Shown piece after piece: positions 35,970-42,626 of a stretch of 59,621 nucleotides of DNA. Numbering within the stretch: the first letter of the stretch is position 1; each line of letters opens with the position of its first letter. The DNA is from an uncultured Candidatus Saccharibacteria bacterium (GTDB taxonomy: Bacteria; Patescibacteriota; Minisyncoccia; UBA6257; GWB1-50-10): the NCBI GenBank assembly GCA_964357525.1, contig CAYHLH010000001.1, positions 77,719-137,339 of the forward strand, in the 5' to 3' direction. The notes below the pieces were generated by a model. The model worked only from the letters and a program-made list of their open reading frames with translations. It ran no database searches and was not told the DNA's origin. The position numbers were made by a program, and so were the translations under genes.

Positions 35970-36027
35970 CTGCCGTCACTCGCTCGGAAACGAACATTTT
36001 CTTCGTTTCACTCGCTTTGTTCGGCAG
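35970..36027 (-). repeat. F2 hairpin element
   Basis: Minus sense: CTGCCG-AACAAAGCGAGTGA-AACGAA..TTCGTT-TCCGAGCGAGTGA-CGGCAG. Confidence 0.8.
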
Positions 36028-36228
36028 TAAAACTTTTTGTTCTACTTCATCTTCATTTTAGCAAACCACGTCAAGAAAAATCTGTGGAAAACTCCGAAAA
36101 ACGCTCCGCCGAGCGGAACATCCGCGCGAAAGGGAAAAATTTTCCGAAAAAATTTTCGAGATGCCGTTCCCGAAGAGAAAAACAAAACAAAAACCTCTTT
36201 AAAAAGAGGTTTTTGTCGTTGGATTGGG

Positions 36229-36251
36229 AAAAACTCCCTTGCGGGAGTTTT
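36229..36251 (-). terminator. intrinsic terminator of rpsI
   Basis: AAAACTCCC-GCAA-GGGAGTTTT right after the stop. A second hairpin (aaaaacctctt..aagaggttttt) lies at ~36187-36214. Confidence 0.75.
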
Positions 36252-36731
36252 TTACCTTTTGCGCCACTGTTGCGGTCTCCTTGCCTTGCGGCTGCCGAAT
36301 TTCTTGCGTTCCACCATCCTGGGGTCGCGCGTGAGGTAACCGAGGGCGCGTAGACGGCTGCGGTAATCCGCTTTTTCCTCCGCGAGGGCGCGCGAGAGCC
36401 CCATGCGCACCGCTTCCACCTGCCCGTGTAGCCCGCCGCCCTTTGCGACCACGGTCACGCGGAAATTTTCCTCGGTCGCGGTAAATGGCGCGAGTGCGGT
36501 CTTTCTCTGCTTCTCGAGCGGGAAATATTTCGTGTAGGGCTTGCCGTTCACGGTGACGTCAAATTGCCCTTTTTTGCCGATTTCCTTCGGATACATCCTC
36601 ACTCGGGCAACCGAGGTTTTCCTGCGCCCGATCCCCTCGACATATTTTTCCTTTACCGAGGCCGGCTTCGCCGGAGCGGCTTTCTTCGCCGCCGGTTTCT
36701 TCGCGTGTGCCGTTGCGATTTTTTTCTCCAT
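36252..36731 (-). CDS. rpsI: 30S ribosomal protein S9 (N-terminally extended)
   Basis: GIGRRKTSVARV ... GGGLHGQVEAVRMGLSRAL ... KFGSRKARRPQQWRKR. Confidence 0.92.
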   Translation of the reverse strand: MEKKIATAHAKKPAAKKAAPAKPASVKEKYVEGIGRRKTSVARVRMYPKEIGKKGQFDVTVNGKPYTKYFPLEKQRKTALAPFTATEENFRVTVVAKGGGLHGQVEAVRMGLSRALAEEKADYRSRLRALGYLTRDPRMVERKKFGSRKARRPQQWRKR

Positions 36732-36733
36732 GT

Positions 36734-37072
36734 TTACTGGAATTTCAACCTCTTTATGCGTTTCGCCCTGAGCTTATTATTGGGAAGCATAAGATTGACC
36801 GCGTGGCGGATTACCCACGACGGATCTTTTTCAAACACGTCGGCGTATTTCCGCTTCTTCAAGTGGCCGATCTGGGTGGTGTGGCTGTAATACACTTTCT
36901 GGCTTGCCTTTCTGCCTGACACAACAATCTGGGATGCGTTCTTTACGATAACGGTGTCATCGCCGGACAAGTTCGGCTGGTACGTGGCTTTATGCTTCCC
37001 TTGAAGCAGTGTAGCCACCTGCGTAGCGAAACGACCGAGTTTTTTGTTTTTCGCGTCAATCACGTGTTCCAT
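36734..37072 (-). CDS. rplM: 50S ribosomal protein L13 (short)
   Basis: 112 aa. VIDAKNKKLGRFATQVATLLQGKHK. Confidence 0.9.
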   Translation of the reverse strand: MEHVIDAKNKKLGRFATQVATLLQGKHKATYQPNLSGDDTVIVKNASQIVVSGRKASQKVYYSHTTQIGHLKKRKYADVFEKDPSWVIRHAVNLMLPNNKLRAKRIKRLKFQ

Positions 37073-37075
37073 ATT

Positions 37076-37426
37076 TTATACAAATTCAATGACCGCCATC
37101 TGCGCGGCATCGTGCACGCGGCGCTTCGCGAGCTTCGTTATGCGGGTATATCCGCCTTTTCGCGAGGCGTATTTTGGCGCGATGTCGTGGTAGAGGGTGT
37201 AAACCGCGTTTTTGGGGAGTTTTGAGAGGAGGAATCTCAATGACGCGAGGTTCTGCTTCTTCGCGTGCGTGACGAGGCGCTCGACGACCGGGCGGACCTC
37301 CTTTGCGCGCGCCTCGGTCGTCGTCATTTTCCTGCGGACAATGAGGTTAGCCGCGAGTCCTTTCACGAACGCCCGGCGCTGCCCGCGCTTTCTCCCGAAT
37401 TTTCTCCCTTCCTTCCCGTGCCGCAT
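37076..37426 (-). CDS. rplQ: 50S ribosomal protein L17
   Basis: 116 aa. MRHGKEGRKFGRKRGQRRA. Confidence 0.92.
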   Translation of the reverse strand: MRHGKEGRKFGRKRGQRRAFVKGLAANLIVRRKMTTTEARAKEVRPVVERLVTHAKKQNLASLRFLLSKLPKNAVYTLYHDIAPKYASRKGGYTRITKLAKRRVHDAAQMAVIEFV

Positions 37427-37651
37427 GCCAACGATGTCTAAATTTTCGAGCTCATCCGTGGCGAAGAAAATTTAGCCACAATCATGAGCACCCGCCCAAG
37501 TTTTTGGGTATTTGCCGACATTTTTACTGTTGAATTTTTTATCTTGTTATCCATTGTATTTATCATATTACCTGAAAATTTGGGCGGGTAAGGTTTGATG
37601 ATGGAAAAATGTTCGCTCATTATCATTAGCTCCATTTTTCCAATCAAGCCC
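37427..37651 (-). repeat. E1 intercistronic element, copy b (rpoA | rplQ)
   Basis: Hairpin B 37438-37447/37466-37475; IR arms 37490-37505/37575-37589; hairpin A 37595-37647, closed by TAAGG (rpoA stop)/CCTTA. Ends in TTGGCATG. Confidence 0.8.
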
Positions 37652-38413
37652 TTACTTTTTCGTTTTCTTCGCTTTCTTCTCGGTCTTCGCTTCTTCCTTG
37701 CCTTTCATCTCGATGTGCGTCACCTCGAAGTCCCCGATGCGGTCGAAATGGTCGTGTAGGATGCTGATGGCCTTGTGAAGCGCTTCCGAGGGGCTGATGC
37801 TGCCGTCGGTCTTTATATCGAGCGAGAGGCGGTTATAGTCCGTGCGCTGCCCCACGCGCATGTTCTCTACGGACACCGCGACGTTCTCAACCGGCGAGAA
37901 TATCGCGTCGAGGACGATGGTGCCGACGAGGAGCCTCTCGAGCCGGCGCGATTCGGCGGGAACGTACCCGAGGCCCTTTTCCACCACGAGCTCCATGTCG
38001 AGCTCCGCGGCCTTCTTCGTGAGCGTGCAGAGATGGAGGTCCTTGTTCACGACCTGCACGAACGGGGTCGATTGTATGGCGGCGGCGGCGACCTCTCCCT
38101 CGCCTTTTGCCTTGAGGGTCAGAGTCTGCGGTTCGTCGGCGAGGAAATGGAAGCGAACCTTCTTGAGGTTCAGCGTGAACTGTATGATGTCCTCCATCAT
38201 TCCGGGGAGCGCCGAAAATTCGTGGTTCACCCCCTTGATCTTTATCTGGGTGACGGCGGCGCCGGGGATCGACGAAAGGAGCACGCGCCGGATTGCGTGG
38301 CCGACCGTCGTCCCGTACCCCGTGTGGAGCCCCTCGATGTGAAAAACGCCGAGATTGTCCTTCTCGGAAATTTTCTTTATTTCGACCGAATCGCTCAAAC
38401 GCACATACTGCAT
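37652..38413 (-). CDS. rpoA: DNA-directed RNA polymerase alpha subunit, N-terminal domain only
   Basis: 253 aa. The alpha-NTD pattern runs through ISILHDHFDRI, then a short K/E tail and a stop. No CTD is present. Confidence 0.9.
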   Translation of the reverse strand: MQYVRLSDSVEIKKISEKDNLGVFHIEGLHTGYGTTVGHAIRRVLLSSIPGAAVTQIKIKGVNHEFSALPGMMEDIIQFTLNLKKVRFHFLADEPQTLTLKAKGEGEVAAAAIQSTPFVQVVNKDLHLCTLTKKAAELDMELVVEKGLGYVPAESRRLERLLVGTIVLDAIFSPVENVAVSVENMRVGQRTDYNRLSLDIKTDGSISPSEALHKAISILHDHFDRIGDFEVTHIEMKGKEEAKTEKKAKKTKK

Positions 38414-38441
38414 ACGATTAGTGTAAAATACGACGACTTGT

Positions 38442-39047
38442 TTACCGCGAATAGAACTCGCCGACCAGATTGATGTCGAACGAGAACTGCGTGCCTTCGG
38501 GGTCGAATTCCTTGACGCACCGCCCCTTGAACTCCTCTTTGGACGTGAGCTCGAGCCAGTCGGGCGGGTTGTATTTCTTGAGGCGGTCCCCCAGTTCCTC
38601 GAACGCCTTCAGGCGGCGCGATTCATCGCGGATCGCAATGACATCGTTGACCTTAACACGGAACGAGGGAATTGTCACTTTCCGACCGTTCACGACGATG
38701 TGGCCGTGACTCACAAGCTGGCGCGCCACGCGGACGGAACCCGCGAACCCGAGAAGCGAGACCACCCTGTCGAGCCGGTGCTCGAGCGCCTGGATGATCT
38801 TCTTCTTGTCCTTGTTCCGCAAAAAGAGATTTCCCATCTGCCGGTTCGTGAGCCCGTACGTGAGCTGTATCTTCTGCTTCTCGTTGAGCTGTTTTCCGTA
38901 ATCCGATACGTTGTGGCGCTTCTGGCCGTGCGGGCCGGGGCGGTACGGCCTCCGGACGATCGCGGCCTTCGGGGACGCGGAACGCTCGGGCTTCAGAAAC
39001 AGCCTTGCCCCGAGTGCGCGCTCCCTTTTTTCCTTTACCGGTCTCAT
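38442..39047 (-). CDS. rpsD: 30S ribosomal protein S4
   Basis: Start at MRPVKEKRERALG. S4 domain VSHGHIVVNGRKVTIPS. Confidence 0.92.
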   Translation of the reverse strand: MRPVKEKRERALGARLFLKPERSASPKAAIVRRPYRPGPHGQKRHNVSDYGKQLNEKQKIQLTYGLTNRQMGNLFLRNKDKKKIIQALEHRLDRVVSLLGFAGSVRVARQLVSHGHIVVNGRKVTIPSFRVKVNDVIAIRDESRRLKAFEELGDRLKKYNPPDWLELTSKEEFKGRCVKEFDPEGTQFSFDINLVGEFYSR

Positions 39048-39251
39048 GCCAATGTTATTTGCGAACAACGTGAGCAATGATAACATTGCGCACCCGCCCA
39101 AGTTTTTGGGATTCTGCCGACTTCTTTATCATTGTTATTTTCATGATGGTTTCAATTGTATTTACCCATATAATTGCAAAAATTTGGGCGGGTAAGGTTT
39201 TGTCGCCCCGTGAGATGGCGACGGCCGCCTATCTCACTGGGGACAAAGCCC
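39048..39251 (-). repeat. E1 intercistronic element, copy c (rpsK | rpsD)
   Basis: Hairpin B 39050-39058/39080-39088; IR arms 39092-39107/39178-39193; hairpin A 39198-39247 plus TAAGG/CCTTA. Ends in TTGGCATG. Confidence 0.8.
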
Positions 39252-39704
39252 TTATACTCTCCTCACTTTCGGGGGCCTCGGCCCGTTGTGGGGGATCGGC
39301 GTCACATCCTTCAGGGAAAGGATGTTGAATTTTCCGCCAGCGAAGGTCCTTATAGTGGAATCCCTCCCCTTGCCGACGCCGCACACGACGATGTCCACGG
39401 AAAACGGGCCCGTTTTCTCTATCTTCGCGGCAATGGCCTCCGCGACCTTGGAGGCCGCGAAGGGGGTGGCTTTCTTGGGGCCCGAAAAGCCGATCGAGCC
39501 CGCCGACATCCAGGTCAAGACGTTTCCCTTCTCGTCAGTGACGGTGATGATGGTGTTGTTGTAGCTGGCGTTCACATAGATGCGCCCGCGCTCCACTTTG
39601 TGCTTGGAGCTCGGGGTTGTCTTCTTAAGGGCCGCTTCCTCCACCTTTGCGGATTCCTTCAGGGCCTCCTCTTTCGTCTGTTCGGCTACTTTCTTCTTTC
39701 CCAT
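39252..39704 (-). CDS. rpsK: 30S ribosomal protein S11 (N-terminally extended)
   Basis: IYVNASYNNTIITVTDEKGNVL...PHNGPRPPKVRRV. Confidence 0.92.
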   Translation of the reverse strand: MGKKKVAEQTKEEALKESAKVEEAALKKTTPSSKHKVERGRIYVNASYNNTIITVTDEKGNVLTWMSAGSIGFSGPKKATPFAASKVAEAIAAKIEKTGPFSVDIVVCGVGKGRDSTIRTFAGGKFNILSLKDVTPIPHNGPRPPKVRRV

Positions 39705-39705
39705 A

Positions 39706-40089
39706 TTATTTCAACTCCACTTTCCGCTTCCCGCTTCCGGCGGTTTTCCGGACGTTTCCGCGTATGGTGCGCGAATTCGACTTGGTGCGCTGTCCGCGCG
39801 ACGGGAGGCGGCGCGCGTGGCGGGTGCCGCGATACGCCTTGATATCCTTCAATCTCCCCACGTTCTGCCTCACCGTCTGACGGAGCTCCCCTTCTATCTT
39901 ATGGTGCTTCTCGATGAAGCTCTGGATCTTCGAGACCTCTTCCGTCGTGAGGTCCTTCGCTTTCTTCTCGGGCGCGATCTTCGTCTCCGCGAGTATCTTC
40001 GCCGCCAAAAAAGGGCCGATGCCGTACAGGTACCTGAGAGAAATCGAGATCTTCTTGTTGTCCGGAATGTGGACGCCGCTCAAACGCAT
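39706..40089 (-). CDS. rpsM: 30S ribosomal protein S13
   Basis: 127 aa. SLRYLYGIG ... YRGTRHARRLPSRGQRTKSN. Confidence 0.92.
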   Translation of the reverse strand: MRLSGVHIPDNKKISISLRYLYGIGPFLAAKILAETKIAPEKKAKDLTTEEVSKIQSFIEKHHKIEGELRQTVRQNVGRLKDIKAYRGTRHARRLPSRGQRTKSNSRTIRGNVRKTAGSGKRKVELK

Positions 40090-40274
40090 GTGCCAATCTT
40101 ATTTGCGAGCAGTGCGAGCAATCATAAGATTGAGCACCCGCCCAAGTTTTCGGGCTCGCGTCGACTTCCTCACTGCTGATTGTTTCATTATAGTATTCAT
40201 TGTTTCTGTTAGTGTTGTTTGAAAATTTGGGCGGGTAAGGTTTTGTACCTCCAGCTACGCCGGAGACAAAGCCC
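40090..40274 (-). repeat. E1 intercistronic element, copy d (rpmJ | rpsM)
   Basis: Hairpin B 40094-40102/40124-40132; IR arms 40136-40150/40222-40236; hairpin A 40236-40277, which includes the rpmJ stop. Ends in TTGGCACATG. Confidence 0.8.
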
Positions 40275-40391
40275 TTACCCCTGCCGCTGCTTGTGCTTCG
40301 GGTTCTTCTTGCAGATGACGTAGACCACGCCGCCTCTGCGGACTATCTTGCAATGTTGGCATACTTTTTTCACCGATGCTTTTACTTTCAT
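40275..40391 (-). CDS. rpmJ: 50S ribosomal protein L36 (not in the ORF track)
   Basis: Hand translation: [38 protein letters not shown]. Confidence 0.9.
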   Translation of the reverse strand: MKVKASVKKVCQHCKIVRRGGVVYVICKKNPKHKQRQG

Positions 40392-40397
40392 TTTTCT

Positions 40398-40625
40398 TCA
40401 GTACCTCCGCACTATGCGCCCCCGCTCGTCCTTCGGACTTGGCAGTTCCACCGACACCCGGTCGCCGGGAATAATTCGAATATGATGGATTTTCATCCTG
40501 CCCGCCAAATGGGCCAAAATTTTCCTTTCCACGCCGTCGGTAGAAACAGCGACCCGGAACGTGAGCCCGGGCAATGCCTCCTCTACGACGCCGTCAAAGA
40601 CGTGTACTCCGTTATTTTTTCCCAT
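40398..40625 (-). CDS. infA: translation initiation factor IF-1
   Basis: 75 aa, S1-like OB fold. LAHLAGRMKIHHIRIIPGDRVSVEL. Confidence 0.93.
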   Translation of the reverse strand: MGKNNGVHVFDGVVEEALPGLTFRVAVSTDGVERKILAHLAGRMKIHHIRIIPGDRVSVELPSPKDERGRIVRRY

Positions 40626-40665
40626 TCAAAGAGTGGCCTTTATTCTACAAAAAAGCGGCGGGATG

Positions 40666-41412
40666 TCAAATTTTCCCGCTTAAAACGCTCCGAATGAGTT
40701 TTTCCGCGCCGCGCGGGCTCGAAACCTGAACGGTCTTTATTCCGACGCTTTTGACCGGGTAATCGTTGCCGCCCGGGAAAAGGGCGTCTCCGACGAAGAC
40801 GGCATCCTTCTTCCACGCGCGGAAATGCGCGAGCGCGCGGCGGACGCCGAACGCCTTCGTGATGCCCTTCTTCGTGACGTCGATGGACGAGAGTCCGGCT
40901 ATTCCTATTTCGAAACCGGGGAGTCTTTTTTTGAGGAGCGCTCTCATCCGTTTCCGCTTTTTCTGATGCGGGTCCCATTTCTTCTTGATGGCAAGCGGGG
41001 TGTGATTGCCGAGGCCCGAGAAGGTTATCTGCGCCCCGCGGTCGTCGAGGATTCGCCCGTATATTTTCTTCGGCTTGTGCCCCACTTCCTTCATTACCTC
41101 GTTGAACGCCTTTGTGATCCTCTTCCGCTCCGTGGCGGAAAGGGAATGGCGGTATGCGCGCTTCCACATCTTGCGGAACATCCAAAGTTCGCTTCCGTTC
41201 ATCGGAAGTATGAAGAGGTTCTTGAAATTCGCCCGCTTTGGAATGCGGGATATGAGCTCCCTCTTGAACTGAGGGAAATCCGCCCCGGAGATGACTCCGA
41301 CGCGCGCAATGCCGAGTAGCCCGGCAAGTAACTTGCCCATAGAAGGCGCGAGGGGCCGCTTGCTCTCAGTCAGCGTTCCATCCATGTCGAAAATAAAAAG
41401 CTTCGGCTTCAT
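40666..41412 (-). CDS. HAD-IIB family hydrolase (phosphomannomutase/sugar-phosphatase-like)
   Basis: FIFDMDGTLT motif I and GDALFPGGNDYP motif IV. Confidence 0.75.
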   Translation of the reverse strand: MKPKLFIFDMDGTLTESKRPLAPSMGKLLAGLLGIARVGVISGADFPQFKRELISRIPKRANFKNLFILPMNGSELWMFRKMWKRAYRHSLSATERKRITKAFNEVMKEVGHKPKKIYGRILDDRGAQITFSGLGNHTPLAIKKKWDPHQKKRKRMRALLKKRLPGFEIGIAGLSSIDVTKKGITKAFGVRRALAHFRAWKKDAVFVGDALFPGGNDYPVKSVGIKTVQVSSPRGAEKLIRSVLSGKI

Positions 41413-41663
41413 TTATACTTCAACTTCAAAATAATGACTGAAACCTGCATAAAAAAGGTGATTCCACTCATTACTATTAGGGAAATACTGCCAATAAGAA
41501 CTCCGTAAGTTACCCATAGTATTTGCCCGCACAGATTGATTAAACCCCAAGAAATTGAGATGTCCTTTGTGGATTTTGTTTTCCACAATTTGATGACCTG
41601 AGGAAGAAGAGAAATGGAAACGAAAATACCGGCAATAAAACCAATTAATTCGAAATTTTCCAT
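41409..41663 (-). CDS. SemiSWEET / PQ-loop sugar transporter
   Basis: 84 aa, three TM helices, LPQVIKLWKTKSTKDIS motif. TATAAT lies 6 nt upstream of the ATG. Confidence 0.75.
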   Translation of the reverse strand: MENFELIGFIAGIFVSISLLPQVIKLWKTKSTKDISISWGLINLCGQILWVTYGVLIGSISLIVMSGITFFMQVSVIILKLKYK

Positions 41664-41676
41664 GACTCCATTATAC

Positions 41677-41705
41677 AGGAACCCCGCCTTTAGGGCGGGG
41701 TTCCT
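41677..41705 (-). terminator. terminator hairpin at the 3' end of rnpB
   Basis: AGGAACCCCGCC-CTAA-AGGCGGGGTTCCT. Confidence 0.7.
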
Positions 41706-42103
41706 GATTCGATTGGTACCTCATAAGCCGGATTCTGTTTATACGATAATCCATCTGGGCCCTCGATTACTCTCAGGCTCAAGCGGCACTTCCCTCGATT
41801 TCTCTCGGGACACGGCCTTGCACCCAGTAAGGATTTAGCCGTTTCACCCCTTCGGTTTCCCGAAGAGCTCACCCGGTGTGGGTGCCCTATCCTTTCGAAA
41901 TCGGGCGTCTCTGTTCGCACCTCTCGGGTTTCCCCGGACGGCTGTTAACCGCTACTTGTTTACCCAGCCCCAATTTTACTTACAAACTTTTTACTTGTTT
42001 TCAGGCTTGCGAGTAAAATTGGAGCTGGGGAGTGTCCGGACTTTCCTCTAAGCAAATAATAAATTATATGCCCAGCTATCGTGTGATGTACCGCTCTGAA
42101 TCA
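41705..42103 (-). ncRNA. rnpB: RNase P RNA, bacterial type A
   Basis: CR-I GAGGAAAGTCCGGAC (rc of 42034-42048), GGGGTGAAACGGC, CR-V ACAGAATCCGGCTTATG (rc of 41722-41738). P1 pairing TGATTC..GGTAC / GTACC..GAATCA sets the ends to within +/-5 nt. Confidence 0.9.
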
Positions 42104-42145
42104 TACCCTAAAATACAGAAAAAATCAACATTTCTATAAAAAGAT

Positions 42146-42169
42146 ACTGTCCCAATTAATTGCGACAGT
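42146..42169 (+). promoter_or_regulatory. palindrome abutting the -10 box of YerC-like paralog 2
   Basis: actgtcccaattaattgcgacagt, followed by g, then TATAAT (42171-42176), then 7 nt, then the ATG. Confidence 0.7.
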
Positions 42170-42183
42170 GTATAATTGTTTGT

Positions 42184-42549
42184 ATGACTAGAGTAAGCAA
42201 AACAAATCTAGTGCAAAAATTCAGAAAAGAAGCTTGGAAAAAGTTCTTTGACGATACGAATCAAGCTTCTTCTACGGATACACTCATTGAAAAACTCCGA
42301 ACTAGGCTGTCTCCTTCAGAAATATTAATGTTGGAAAAACGTCTTATAATTTCGCTCCTAACTGAAAAGGGAATGGGATGTAGGGAGATAGGCCGATTGA
42401 TTGATGTCAGCCCCAACACAGTAACTTTTGTAAAACATCATTTTGCGAGAAAAATCCTTTCTGTCCCTAAAAATCCCCGGACTCCAGCACAAAGAACCGC
42501 GAAAACTCACCGTTCTTCAAAAGGAATGGGAGCTGAACTATGGAAATAG
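42184..42549 (+). CDS. TrpR-related YerC/YecD-family HTH protein, paralog 2
   Basis: 121 aa from MTRVSK. SEILMLEKRLIISLLTEKGMGCREIGRLIDVSPNTVTFVKH. Same length and C-terminal ..SSKG.G..LWK as paralog 1. Confidence 0.65.
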   Translation: MTRVSKTNLVQKFRKEAWKKFFDDTNQASSTDTLIEKLRTRLSPSEILMLEKRLIISLLTEKGMGCREIGRLIDVSPNTVTFVKHHFARKILSVPKNPRTPAQRTAKTHRSSKGMGAELWK

Positions 42550-42563
42550 GGTAAGACACCAAA

Positions 42564-42595
42564 ACACACTGTCGCAATTAATTGCGACAGTGTGT
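42564..42595. terminator. same palindrome reused as a bidirectional terminator
   Basis: acacactgtcgcaattaattgcgacagtgtgt, flanked by A- and T-runs. Confidence 0.7.
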
Positions 42596-42626
42596 TTTTA
42601 TTATTTTCTTGAGCGTACGAGATAAA

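Noticed and set aside
35701-35997. 98-aa minus-strand ORF and the plus-strand ORFs 35928..36353 and 36037..36339.
   Set aside because: They run across F2 elements and terminator hairpins and have low-complexity translations. The only supportable coding unit there is the 33-aa basic ORF, in a different frame.
37590-37610. Hammerhead-like TGATGA...GAAA string in E1-b.
   Set aside because: It is present in only one copy, and the other core elements and helices of a hammerhead cannot be drawn.
37438-37647. 69-aa ORF through E1-b, plus 47548..47790 and the tail of 29262..29804 through other E1 copies.
   Set aside because: These long versions run through hairpin A and the IR arms in frames that are not shared between copies. 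Only the short 3' part (the mini-ORF reported in the findings) is frame-consistent in all five.
41614-41920. ORFs 41614..41838 (+) and 41690..41920 (-).
   Set aside because: They lie inside the RNase P RNA gene, whose conserved CR-I and CR-V motifs explain the sequence.
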